From: the human T2T-CHM13v2.0 reference genome, Homo sapiens | Length of the DNA: 64,000 nucleotides | Reading direction: 5' to 3' (one strand) | NCBI RefSeq assembly: GCF_009914755.1 | Contig: NC_060925.1 | Shown: piece after piece, positions 1-15,716 of the stretch | Layout of the letters: each line of letters starts with the position of its first letter | How positions within the stretch are numbered: the first letter of the stretch is position 1 | Program-made: the position numbers and the translations under genes | The notes under the pieces: generated by a model | What the model was told of the DNA's origin: nothing | The model's database searches: none | What the model saw: the letters and a program-made list of their open reading frames with translations, nothing else

Positions 1-463
1 TTTTTTTTCTTTTTTGTGGCTTGGTTTTGTTTGGTTGAGAATGGCGGAGCAGGTGTGTGTTCGTAGGTGGGGGAAGAAACTGGTTGAGAAGAAGAAACGA
101 AAATACAGGATGGGGAGAGGACTCTTCCCCATGGCTCTGATCACCGCCAGACACCATCTGTGTTTACTTCTGTCTTCACGATCTGTTTCCCACCAGCCAC
201 AAGGGCAGCTCTGTGAAGGCACAAGTTCTGTCTCATTCACCGTGGGATCCCAGTGCCTGGCACGTAGTAGACACTTCATAAATATTTTTGATATTGAGTT
301 GAATTCACAGGGTTCTTCCGGGAGCCCAGTGGTTAGTCCTAGGAAGAGAAGGGTTCATGGGGGCCTTAAGGAGGGGCTTCTCTCTGATGCTACCATGACA
401 AGAGAGAGGGAGAGAAAAAGAAGTCAACACAAGTAGAGGCAGGAGCCAAAAATCCAAGTCTTT

Positions 464-775
464 GGCGGGGTACAGTGGCTCATGCCTGTCATCCCAGCAC
501 TTTGGGAGGCACGGGTGAGAGGATCACTTGACCCCAGGAATTCGAGACTAGCCTGGGCAACATGGTGGGACCCCGACTCTATAAAAAATGCACAAAGAAA
601 TTAGCCAGGCATGGTGGTGCCCACTGTAGTCTCAGCTACTCGAGAGGCAGAGGCAGGAGGGAAGATGGCTTGAGCCCAGGAGGTGGAGGCTGCAGTGAGA
701 TGTGATTGTGTCTCTGCACTCCAGCCTGGGGGACAGAGACAGACCCTGTCTCAAAAAAAAAAAAAAAAAAAAATC
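464..775 (+). mobile_element. Alu (AluJ-like)
   Basis: Dimeric Alu consensus with poly(A) tail. Confidence 0.9.
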
Positions 776-1961
776 CAAGTCTTCTCAAAAAAGTGTGTGT
801 GGGGTGGTGGTGTGAAGGGTGGAATTAACAGAAGTAGAAAATGGAGAATACTAGTAGCTACTTATGTCCTGTGAGAACATTCTAGAAGGTGAGCTGTCAT
901 TGATTTATTAGCATTACTCTGCCTTTGCTATGGCTCTAAGTTATAAATTTAAGAATTCATTTAATCCTAACAACAGCTCTCTGAGGCAAATGAGCTTCAG
1001 TCAGCCCTGAGGTGATGTGGCTAGTGGTGAGGAAGCCAGGATTTGAACCCAGGACTTGGAGCTGATATAGAGCCTGTGATGTTACCCACTGGGCCATATA
1101 CTTCCCCAACTGACATTAGTTTATATGCCTTATTTTTATTTTTATGTATTCATTTATTCATTAATAGAGACAGGGGCTTGCTTTGTTGCTCAGGCTAGAG
1201 TGCAGTGGTGCAATCACAGTTCACTGTAACCTGGACCTCCTGGGCTCGGGCCATCCTCCCACCTGAGCCTCCCAGGGTGAGCCATTGTGCCTGACCCACA
1301 TGTGCCTTGTTTTATATACTACATTCCTCACCAGGAGCCTCTGGGTTTGGAGGGGCTCATAATTCTCATGTTTTACATTAAGAACAGAGAAATATAGTGA
1401 CTTGCCCAGGGTCACACAGATACTAAGTGGCTGAGCTGGGACTCCAGCTTGCATCTCTCTAACCGCAAGCCTGGCACTTTCCCCTTCCCTGAGAGAAGAA
1501 CTGTAGGAAGTTAGCACAGAGTCAGGTGCCAAAAAAGGGCTACCACCTGGACGTGGCAGGCAACATTCTGTGGTGTTTCTGCAGGCATCTCCCGAGTCAC
1601 CCCAGCTCAGGAACAAGGCAGAAAAAGTTGGGGGTTGGCAAGTTAGGAACAAGAGGAAGAGGACGGGGACAAAGCTGCAAGTCCGGGAGCGGGGCTGCCT
1701 GTCTTCTCTGGCAGTTCCTGGGTTGAGGCTGAGCAAAACAGGATAAAATCTGAGCAGGAGCCCACGGCTGGGGGACTTGGCAAAGACCCAGTGTGGTGGG
1801 TGGGAGGGAGGCTGTGCCCTGGAGGGGGATTCCAGGGTTCCTGTTCTTAGTGGGGAAGAGCCCTGGATCGAGGGTGGCCCAAGCTCAACTCTGATCACTG
1901 TCCCTCCTGATAGCCACCTGGGCACTGTGACCTGCTTCAGAAAACAGCTGCTTCTGTGGCA

Positions 1962-2240
1962 GTAATCCCAGCACTTTGGGAGTGTGAGGTGGGTGGATCA
2001 CTTGAGGTCAGGAGTTCGAGACCAGCCTGACCAACATAGTAAAACCCCGTCTCTACTAAAAATACAAAAATTAGCCAGGCGTAGTGGCATGCACCTGTAA
2101 TCCTAGATACTTAGGAGGTTGAGGCAGGACAATTGTTTGAACCAGGGAGGCAGAGGCTGCAGTGATCTGAGATAGGGCTACTGTCCTCCAGTCTGAGGGA
2201 AAGCCAGACTTCGTCTCAAAAAAACAACCAAAATAAACAA
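1962..2240 (+). mobile_element. Alu, 5'-truncated
   Basis: Alu consensus. Confidence 0.9.
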
Positions 2241-3353
2241 CTGCTTCTGAATACACAATGGAAAAAAATCCCCAGGGGTTGTGCCAGGGTGAGGGGAAGT
2301 AGGGCTTCCTGTGTGACTTACCAGGAATCTTGGAGCTGGCCCATGCAGGGGTGTGGGAGGTGACAGAGAGGTCTTTAAAACCAGGTGGGCCCAGCCCCGG
2401 CCTCTTCTGTGGGCCTGAGGACGGAGAAAAGGTCTCACTGGTGAGGAATCTCATCTTTGGGGCTGCTTTGCCTGAGGGAGGTGCAGAGAGCAGGGCCGAG
2501 AGAGGGGCTATGAGAGGAGACACCTGGCCCCCTTGGTCAGGGGAGCAGGGCCCGAAGAGGAGTGAACCCCCATCACCTCTCTCACAGACAGCAGGAGGGC
2601 TCAGCAGTGCCTTCCGTGCAATGAGGCTCCGCACTGTGCGTTCTTTCCAGCCAGGAGACCTGAACTGGGAGGTCTTGGAGCTGCTGCATGTGGACTTGGG
2701 GGACCCGTCCCTTGGCAACCTGGCCACGTCCTGGCCTCCACATCTTCCTATGGGCTGTCCGTCTCTATTCTCTCCCCTCTCATTACTGCAACCGCTGCCC
2801 TCCTCTGAAATTCTCTCGCGGCTATGCGCTTCCTCTCTGTGGTCGTTTGATTAAAATAGCTGAGTCCACATCCTCCTCCTGGCGCCCGCTTTGGGCTCTG
2901 CTGAGTGGATGGCTCTCCACTCTTCGGGGCAGCCACTCCATGCCTCTGCCACCTCCACCATGAAACTGCTTTTTTACTCTTTCCAGGGTGTGGGTTTTCT
3001 CCAGGTATGGGGAGGCCAACAGATCAAGAAATGATTGCCATTGAAAAGAGCTTGTTATTTACAGCTCCCAGAAGAAGGCGTGCTTCCACCCAGGGCCACG
3101 CAGGAAGTGCCAGGTCGGCAGGTCAGGAGGAGCCACGGGAAGCATCGCCCAGGGCCTTTGCTGTGATCTCTGGGAAAGGCTGGTGGGGCAGGGGACACAG
3201 TTTAGGACCGGTCAGTTTGAATCATGTCAGTGGAACTCCAGGCTTCCCTAGTTGTCCAGTTTCTGGCCCTGGGGTGATTTAGGGCAGGAGAAACCTTGGC
3301 TTGGAGTGTGAGAGTGAGGGAAAGGTGGCCCGGGTGTACCAAGGCACTGGTTG

Positions 3354-4310
<957 letters not shown>

Positions 4311-4820
4311 CAGTTGGTCTGTATATGAAAGGCATGCTCACAGAGGAGCCATCTGAGGTGTCTAGGAATTAACTAGCAGCCCTGGAAGGAGCAGGCTGTC
4401 TCTGGCCTCCAAGATGTCAAAGCGTCCTAAAATATAGAAAATCAAAAGCATGTTTAGTGCCCAGGGATGCTCAGAGGCAGTGGAGTAGAGTCAGTCAAGG
4501 AAATAGATTCACAGTTCTGGGCTAAACCCTTGGGGAACTCACTTCAATTGTCTGAGCCTCAATTTCCTTATCTGTAAAATCAACAACTGTTATTCATTGA
4601 ACAAGTGACTGTTTAAAAGGACAGACACCGGGCCTGCCAAGGTCATTGATGGGTTTAGAGAGATAGAGGATAGTGCTTGGCACACCAGAGGTGCTCAGTG
4701 AGTGGCAGGTGGTGTCCTTGTGCCACAGCTCCAGGGAGCAGCAGAGAAAGATTGGTGTGGAATGGTGGGGTCTAGGGCCATTTCTTTGGCTGTTTGGAGC
4801 CCTTGGAGCAGAGGCTATGG

Positions 4821-4953
4821 GTGGACAGAACCCTCAGGAATGTTCTTGGGATTCAGAGTTGCTGCTGGACAAGGGTTGTCCCAGAGGCCAGCTGTGGACA
4901 GAACCTTCAGGAATGTTCTTGGAATTCAGAGTTGCTACTGGACAAGGGCTGGC
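4821..4953. repeat. Tandem duplication, 73-bp period
   Basis: gtggacagaacc(c/t)tcaggaatgttcttgg... at 4821 and 4894. Confidence 0.9.
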
Positions 4954-6466
4954 CTGCCAGCCCAGTAGCCAGGAGCCCAGGGGAGTCTGAAGCATGTTTG
5001 GAGGCCAGGTCTTGGGAGGCGCCAGGGGTTCAGGTAGAGCTCTGGCACAAGCGACCGTTCAACTCAGGGACTTGAGACAACAGAGCACTGAAGGGGAGAG
5101 CCCCAGGCCTGCCGAGCTGTGGACAAACAAGGACTTTGGATCCTAGGAGGAAGGCAATCAGGCAGCTGCCGGCAAGGAACCTCTGAGAAGCCAAATTAGA
5201 ATCAGGTGCTGGCCTGAGACACATGGAATTTCCTGGACTCTAAGCTGGCAATGGCTGTTTTTACCAAAGACAGATTCTAAGGAGTGAAGCCAAGGGCTCT
5301 GGCCTGAGAGGTAGAGCATGAGAAGGAACAAACACAGACCCCTAAAGGATTCATGCCTCTGGGAAGGGAGGCTGCGTGGTGCAGTGAGGGGTGCAGAAGG
5401 ACGCGGCTCGAATCCAGCCTCCACTGCTTAATGGCTGTGTGACCTCTGGCAAGGTCCCTGAGCTTTCTGAGCCTCAACTTTCCCAGTGGCAAAATGAGAA
5501 CAGTAATACCTACCCTGCAGCACTCTCGTGAGCCCCCAGGGTTGACTTATTCTTTAGGTAGACACAGTGCCTGGGTCCCAGGAGAGTGTCTTAATTTTAT
5601 AAATTCTTTTAAAATCAAGAGGAAGGAAATGAACATAATAATGAATATATAATAATAAATCCAGCTTGGATTACATTTTTCTTTATAGCATCATAGTTGT
5701 CAAAAATAATTATGTGAATATAGATATAAAGATATAGCAGAAAGATGCCTACAAAGGCAAAAGCGCTTGGGGCCCATAAGAGCCATAATCAGGCCCTGAA
5801 AGCCACTGGCACATTGTGGGAGCCCAGGCTTCACTGCTGAGCACCTCCTCTGGGCCAGGCACTATTCTCAGTGGTAGAATAGAGGTGTGCATCCGCCCAG
5901 CCTCTGCCTGCAAAGAACCATCAGGGTAGACATCCTTAAAAACAGGCAACTACAGCACTGTGAGCTAAAAGGAGTATGAGATGTAGAATCACCGGCTTTC
6001 CTTCTGCCCTCCTGCTGTGGGCGTCAAGTGCTCTCTGTCCAGGAATTTTTTTCTTCCGTCTTACATCTTTCATCAAAGGCCATGTCTAGGTTATATCAAG
6101 TCCTGCTTCTCCACGTATGCCACCAAATCTCCATTTAAGAATCCTGCCCATTCTCTGGTCCCTTTTAGCCATTTTGCCAACGGGGTGAGTATGTCTGGGG
6201 TGTTTGTGGCTAAAAGTGCACTGGTGGTAGGGACAGTGTCCCTGCAAATGCTTCCATTATTGTCCCTCTGCCTCCAGGGCCCTCAGTGGACCTACAGTTT
6301 TTTGCCTCATCTTTTCTGGCTGGACTCATCTTGTTTATTGCCCACCATGACGGGGAGTGGAATAGATGGGGCCTGGAGGAGAGCCAGGGTGGGATCTGAA
6401 TGGGCCACGGGGGCATTGCCTGATAGATCTGTTGTGGGATGTGTTTTTTTTTCCAGAACCCCAGAG

Positions 6467-6506
6467 ATGAAAGGTCTCCTCCCACTGGCTTGGTTCCTGG
6501 CTTGTA
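6467..6506 (+). CDS. PLA2G5: Group V secreted PLA2, first coding exon (signal peptide MKGLLPLAWFLAC-S)
   Basis: Acceptor ttttttccag ends at 6456, ATG at 6467, 40 coding nt, donor gtaagt at 6507. Confidence 0.97.
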
Positions 6507-7718
6507 GTAAGTGCTGGCCCCGTGACCTTCGAATGAACTTTTACCCCATGGGAGTAACAGGGTGGTGAAAAGGACACCAGCCATTGAGGTCGTAGAGACT
6601 TGGGTTTGAATCTCGGCTCTGCACTGACTGCATAGACATTCAGCAAGAGCCTTCATGCCTCCGAGCCTCTGCTTCCTCATCTGGCATGGGCTAATGCAGT
6701 CCATGCGTAAGGCTGTGGCAGGGTCCTAGGAGATATTGTACCTCAGCTGTGTAAAGGTTGTGGACATAGAGGTTATGTGGCTGGCAAGTGTAGGAGGCAG
6801 ATTTTTTCCCTGTATGCAAATAAAATAAGATTTACAAAATCCCCCAATCAATCCAAATAAAAATCAAAACTCTTATCTAAATATCCCAACCTATGATTCC
6901 TGGGTCATTCTCAGCTCAGGCTTGTCCAGCTGGGAAGTGACTGTATAGATGGCTTTAGTCCCATCCTGCGGCCCCGTGACCGTATATACAACCCCCGACA
7001 GGCTGTCCTGCTCCTTGATGTCTTGCTAGATCCCTGGAGACTCCAGGAGGAGCTGGAGGCCTGGTGCAAGGAGAGAGCCTTGGGCTCACTGTGAAACCCT
7101 GGACAGGGCACCTCTTCCCTCCATGCCTCAGTTTCCCATTAGTAAGATGAGGGAACTGGCTTCAGCGATTTCTAAGAGTCCCATCCTGCTTTTAGATTCT
7201 CTGCCTTATGTTCTAAAGGGTGTGAGGGGAGGGAGTGGTGGGGAAGAGGGATGTATTGCCAAGAGAGACAGGAAGCTCCTATCTGCCTGCTTCATGCAAA
7301 TACATTATGAATTACACCTTATATGTCATGGTCACTTACTATGTGTCTGCCACCGTGCTCAAAATTTACATAGTTGATCTTATTTTAACCCTCATGACAA
7401 CTCCAAGATGTAGCTGCTAATTTGGGGTCCCCGTTTTCCAGGGGATGAAACTGAGGCTCTGACTCCATTCAATACCATACTTTGAATTAGTGGCAGAGCC
7501 AGGATTTGAACCCAGGTCTGCTCATTTTTCAATTCCAAACTCTTAACCAGTTCTCCATACTGCTTGCACCTCCCTTCCCACTAATGGAGAGAATAAAAAA
7601 GAGACATGCAGGTCCCTCCAAGCCCTGGGTGGGAGAAAGGGTAGGAGATGTTGGGCAGTGGGCCTAAAGCAGGGCTGGGCTGCCTGGGTGTCACCTGGGG
7701 ACATGGGCTATCTTCCAG

Positions 7719-7863
7719 GTGTGCCTGCTGTGCAAGGAGGCTTGCTGGACCTAAAATCAATGATCGAGAAGGTGACAGGGAAGAACGCCCTGACAAACTA
7801 CGGCTTCTACGGCTGTTACTGCGGCTGGGGCGGCCGAGGAACCCCCAAGGATGGCACCGATTG
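7719..7863 (+). CDS. PLA2G5: PLA2G5 coding exon 2 (Ca2+-binding loop [19 protein letters not shown])
   Basis: 145 nt, ccag/gtgag boundaries, sPLA2 Ca-loop motif. Confidence 0.98.
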
Positions 7864-8539
7864 GTGAGCTGATCGCTATAACTGCCCTTTAGGCTCCAGG
7901 CTCTGCACCCATGTTTTCTTATTCAATTCCATATCAGTTCTGGAAGATGAGTATTAAAGTACCATTTTACAAATAAGAAAACTAAGCCTCAAAGAAATTA
8001 GCTGGCAATCCCAAGATCTCAGTGGCCTAAGGTGTCAGTTGGTCAACTGTGGCGTAACAAGTGGTCCTCAATGTAGTAGCTTATACAGCACTGGTCATTT
8101 ACTTTGCTTATGAATCTGCCATTTGGGTAGGGCTTGTGGGGATGGCTTGTCGCAGCTTCAGCTTGGACAACTGAGGCTGGACAATCCACCTTCCAGATGG
8201 CTCACTCCTATGGCTGGCAAGTGGTCAGCATCTCCTGGCCTAGGAGCGGGTCAGAGGCCTCAATTCCTGTCACTTAGGCCTCTCCAAGGATGTTCGGGAT
8301 TCCTCCCAGCATGGTGACTCTTGGGTTGCAAGAGTGAGTGACCCCAAACTGCAAGACCAAAGGATATGGTGTTTTATGGTCAGCCTCAGAAATCCCATTG
8401 TGTCACTTACACTGTACTCTTGGTCAAAGCAGTCACAAAGGCTTTAAGAGGGAGGGCATCTAGATTCCACCTCTTGATCGGGAAGTGCTAAAGTTCTAGA
8501 AGAACATGTGAAATGGGAGATTTTGCTCCTTGGAAAGCA

Positions 8540-10310
<1,771 letters not shown>

Positions 10311-10316
10311 AACATA

Positions 10317-10935
<619 letters not shown>

Positions 10936-11424
10936 AGAAGTTTATTTCTGGATCACATAACAGTTCAGTAGGAATCACACGTTGGCTCCTCCCATCTTGT
11001 AGTTCTGCCATCCCCTATGGCCTCAGAATTCTTTGCTGGGTCATCTCCATCCAGCCGAAGGATGGCGGCAGAAGGACAGTGGAGTAAACTGTGGGAAGTT
11101 TGTCTGGGCAGGTCTGGAGGTGGAGTGTATTAATTCCACCTACCTCCCCTGGCCAGGACCAAATCATGTGGCCACACCTACTCGCAAGGGAGGCTGGGAA
11201 ATGTAGTCTAGTCGTGAGACCAGGAGGAAAAAGAGGGTCCATGACCTGCTGGCTAGAAATGAGGAGCAGGAAATTACTCAGTCACACTACCAGATCCTCC
11301 CTGCCACATCGCGTCCACCAAGGTGGCCTCTGCTAAAGTGACATGGTTGAATTTTTGCTCCTATTAGGGATGGGGTCAGGAGGGCACCCCTCCCACTCGG
11401 GATCTAAGTCTCTTGCACGGACAG

Positions 11425-11531
11425 GTGCTGTTGGGCGCATGACCACTGCTATGGGCGGCTGGAGGAGAAGGGCTGCAACATTCGCACACAGTCCTACAAA
11501 TACAGATTCGCGTGGGGCGTGGTCACCTGCG
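11425..11531 (+). CDS. PLA2G5: PLA2G5 coding exon 3 (catalytic CCWAHDHCY)
   Basis: 107 nt, acag/gtaag boundaries, His-Asp pair; HDHCY lacks the group II-specific Cys, as expected for group V. Confidence 0.98.
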
Positions 11532-12203
11532 GTAAGGCTGGGGCTTCCCGTTCGGGCCATTGGAAGAGCACCTGACTTTAAGTTCAGCTGCCCTAGAGAA
11601 CAGCCAGCCTGTATCTTGTTGGGGGAGGAGGAGTTGGGTGCAGAACTGGGACGAGAGGAGCAGGATTATTGCAGCTGTATCAGACCCCCAGGGTAGGGCT
11701 GAATCATCCACTGGGTGCAAAAGTGCTTGACATGCTTCCTTTTTCTTGATTCCCCCACAAAATACCTGTAGAGTATGTTTAGGCTTCTCCATTTTAGACA
11801 TCAAGAAATGGAAGCTAGAAAGCCTGCCAGTGCACACAGCAGGATTCAAGCTCAGGGCCTCTGAGTTCAAGGCTAAATCTGGGGATGGTTCTGCTCTATG
11901 AGAATGAGAGTTCCTCCAGAGCAGCGGCTGCCTCCACCATCAGACTGGGAGTCCCCCAGAGGAAGGAAGGTGCTTCCTCTATCAGACTGGGAACTCCCTG
12001 AGGGCAGGAGCTGTCTCCTGGACTGAAACCTCACCCTGAGCAGCAGCTGTGCCCCTTCCATCAGATTCTCTATTCCCCCGATTTAGGAGCCATGCCTCTT
12101 CCATCAGGCTGAAAGCTCCTCGGAGCAGGAAGTCCATGGGGTCTCTGCTGAGACTGGAGCATGCTCTTCCCACCCTCATTCTGCTCTTGGTGTCCTTTTG
12201 CAG

Positions 12204-12328
12204 AGCCCGGGCCCTTCTGCCATGTGAACCTCTGTGCCTGTGACCGGAAGCTCGTCTACTGCCTCAAGAGAAACCTACGGAGCTACAACCCACAGTACCA
12301 ATACTTTCCCAACATCCTCTGCTCCTAG
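12204..12328 (+). CDS. PLA2G5: PLA2G5 last coding exon (EPGPFCHVNLCACDRKLVYCLKRNLRSYNPQYQYFPNILCS*)
   Basis: ttttgcag acceptor, TAG at 12326-12328; joined CDS is 417 nt = 138 aa with no C-terminal extension. Confidence 0.98.
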
Positions 12329-12774
12329 GCCTCCCCAGCGAGCTCCTCCCAGACCAAGACTTTTGTTCTGTTTTTCTACAACACAGAGTACTGACTCTGC
12401 CTGGTTCCTGAGAGAGGCTCCTAAGTCACAGACCTCAGTCTTTCTCGAAGCTTGGCGGACCCCCAGGGCCACACTGTACCCTCCAGCGAGTCCCAGGAGA
12501 GTGACTCTGGTCATAGGACTTGGTAGGGTCCCAGGGTCCCTAGGCCTCCACTTCTGAGGGCAGCCCCTCTGGTGCCAAGAGCTCTCCTCCAACTCAGGGT
12601 TGGCTGTGTCTCTTTTCTTCTCTGAAGACAGCGTCCTGGCTCCAGTTGGAACACTTTCCTGAGATGCACTTACTTCTCAGCTTCTGCGATCAGATTATCA
12701 TCACCACCACCCTCCAGAGAATTTTTACGCAAGAAGAGCCAAATTGACTCTCTAAATCTGGTGTATGGGTATTA

Positions 12775-13521
12775 AATAAAATTCATTCTCAAGGCTAATA
12801 AAAACCACATTGGCATTTTCCTCTGCTGTGGGGGATCGCTGGTGCCTCTTTCTCTGCCACTGGGGCAATAAACCCAAAGATGTCTACATTATCTCCGAAA
12901 CAGAAGGGAAGATTAGTAAATGCAGGGTTTTCTGGGATGAGCTTCAGGCTTTCTCTTGGGCTAATTTTCTTACACCTTGGGGTCCTCTCCAGTATTGGGT
13001 CTCATTCTTCCTCGATGGGGTCAGGGAAAGATAACTGGTGATTATGCCAGCTTCAGCTTCCAGGCCAGAGAGGGTGGCATTCAAATCCCAGTGCTGGCTT
13101 CTTCAGCTGTGTGGTCTTGGACCCGTTACTGAACCTCTTTGACTTTCAGTCTCTTTGAGAAATAAACTGTCTTGTTCCTTGCAATGTAAAATGAGACTTC
13201 TAAAGCCCACCTTGATGCTGATATGGAGAATGCTGAGGTTCTAGGATTTCACACAGCAGGAATTTTTTTTTAATAGGTGTCAGCTGTGGGGTTTATTTTT
13301 TACAAAGTAAGGACATTAAAAAAACCAACCCGTCTATCAATTCATAAAAGAAAGGATGTTCTGATACCAAGACTGAAAGAAGAAAGGATGTATTCCAAAA
13401 CAAAGGAACATCCTTCCAAGAAAGGACCTATGGCTTCTTTATTCCGACATACCCCAAAATAACTGCATGATAAATAGGTCTATATTTAAAAAGCTCTAGT
13501 GTCGAATGTTTTCAAAATAAA
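12775..13521 (+). terminator. PLA2G5: PLA2G5 3' UTR polyadenylation signals
   Basis: AATAAA at 12775, 12797, 12867, 13161 and 13516. Confidence 0.65.
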
Positions 13522-14770
13522 ATTTAATTTTATGAGATTACCCTGAATGCACCAGTGCTTTAGAAAAGTTTGATTTAGACTCGGTGTCTATATTTGACAA
13601 TGCCACACAGGGAGGGACTTAAATGCTGAATTTGCTCATGAAATATTTAAAATCAAAGCCATTTCCCAGATCCAATTTTGAATGGGTATGTGGGGGAAAT
13701 TGAAGTCTTCACTCTAATCCCATTTTCCTTCAATTGTGATATTCTGGATGACAGAGAAGAGAACCCAGTCCAGACTTCTCCCTTCTCCCATGGGGGTCAG
13801 GTGGGAGGCAGGGCAGTGTTTTGCTGGTAAGTTCTGCAGGAGGGGGTGTGGGCAGGCCCTTCTCATTGGCACATCCCAGCTCAGAGTCCCAGCATCCACA
13901 CAGGAGCAGGATGCTATGAGGTTATGAAGGCAACACTACAGGCTGGTGTGGGATTGAGTTGGAAGGAACCATGGAGAACCTTCATTTATCTACCAAGAAA
14001 TTGAGGCCCAGAAAGTTTTAGGAGACTGTCCAAAAGTCACACAGCACATCAACAGCAGAAGTAGGATTCGATCTCAGGTCCTAGCTTTAAACTCTGGGCT
14101 CTGGCCACTATCCCACATTGCCTTCAACCCCAGCCCACAAAAGGAGCAGTTCAGGGAGTCACCCACATTAGGGGTTCGTCAGGGGAACCCCTGGATTCCA
14201 GCTGAGGGCCAGCTCCATGTCTTCCCTGCTGCAACTGCCTCTTTGGATTCTGGAGGCTGTCCCCGGGTGGTCAGTCAGTCTGGGGCTCTGGGCTTCATCC
14301 TCAGTGGAGGAGATCCCATTGCTGTCTTCCACCTTGGCTGCTGTGAACAGCTCTGGGGAAATTATGAGAGCAAAGGGAGCCTCGAAACTTGGGGAAAGGC
14401 GTTCTCCTCAATTGTTGCATTTGCTGATCCCTTGGCTGGCAGGAGAACCATCAGGGAGGTCATCCCATTTTAAGAAAGCTAGTGAAACATACAGACCAGA
14501 TCGCAATGCCTCCCTAGCTAGATCTTTATACATCCTTAATGGACAGACTGCCCTGTACATACAGATCCTTTACTGTCATCTGAATTGGGCTTCAGGCACA
14601 AATGTGAGCCTCCAAACATAAGTAAAATGATCTCTATAAGCATATCTACAGAGGGGTTGGGCAGCGGGGAGCCCCCTTGTAGTTGTTACCAAACTGAAAA
14701 AGCCTCAAGTAAAGCCCACTGATCAGGATGGAAGGGAGGAGGACAGAGCTAAGGTGGGCTGATGAGGTAG

Positions 14771-15170
<400 letters not shown>

Positions 15171-15716
15171 GAGTTTCTTCTTTGTGCGGGACACCATGTA
15201 GACATTATTAACTGCCCAGTGAGGCTGCTGTTTTCATTCCCATGTGATGGGTGGGACCTGAGGACTGGGAAAGTGAAGTGTTTTGCTTGAGACCACACAG
15301 GTAATAAGGAAGAGAGGTGGGAAGGAAGCAGTCTGTCTGATCCCAAAGCCATGTTCTGTGGTCTCTTTTTTTTTCAGGGACAGGGTCTCACTTTGTCACC
15401 TAGCTGCAGTGCAGTGGCGTGATCATAACTCACTACAGCCTCAAACCCCTGGGCTCAAATGATCCTCCCACCTCAGCCTCCAGAGTTACTAGGACTACAG
15501 GCATGCACCACTACACCTTGATAATTTTATTTTTCTGTAGAGCTGAGGCTTTTGCTATGTTGCCCCGGCTGGTCTTAAACTCTTGGCCTCAAGCGATCCT
15601 CCCACCTCGGCCCAAAACCGTGTTCTTAGTAGAACATCATGCAGGGGAAGCTTGGAGCTGGGGCCAGGTCTTGCAACAGGCACTGAGGAAAACACATTTT
15701 GTTTTGTTCAGGGTGG

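Noticed and set aside
14200-14354. Minus-strand exon-like stretch (ELFTAAKVEDSNGISSTEDEAQ...)
   Set aside because: Acceptor-like site only; no partner exons or homology I can recognise
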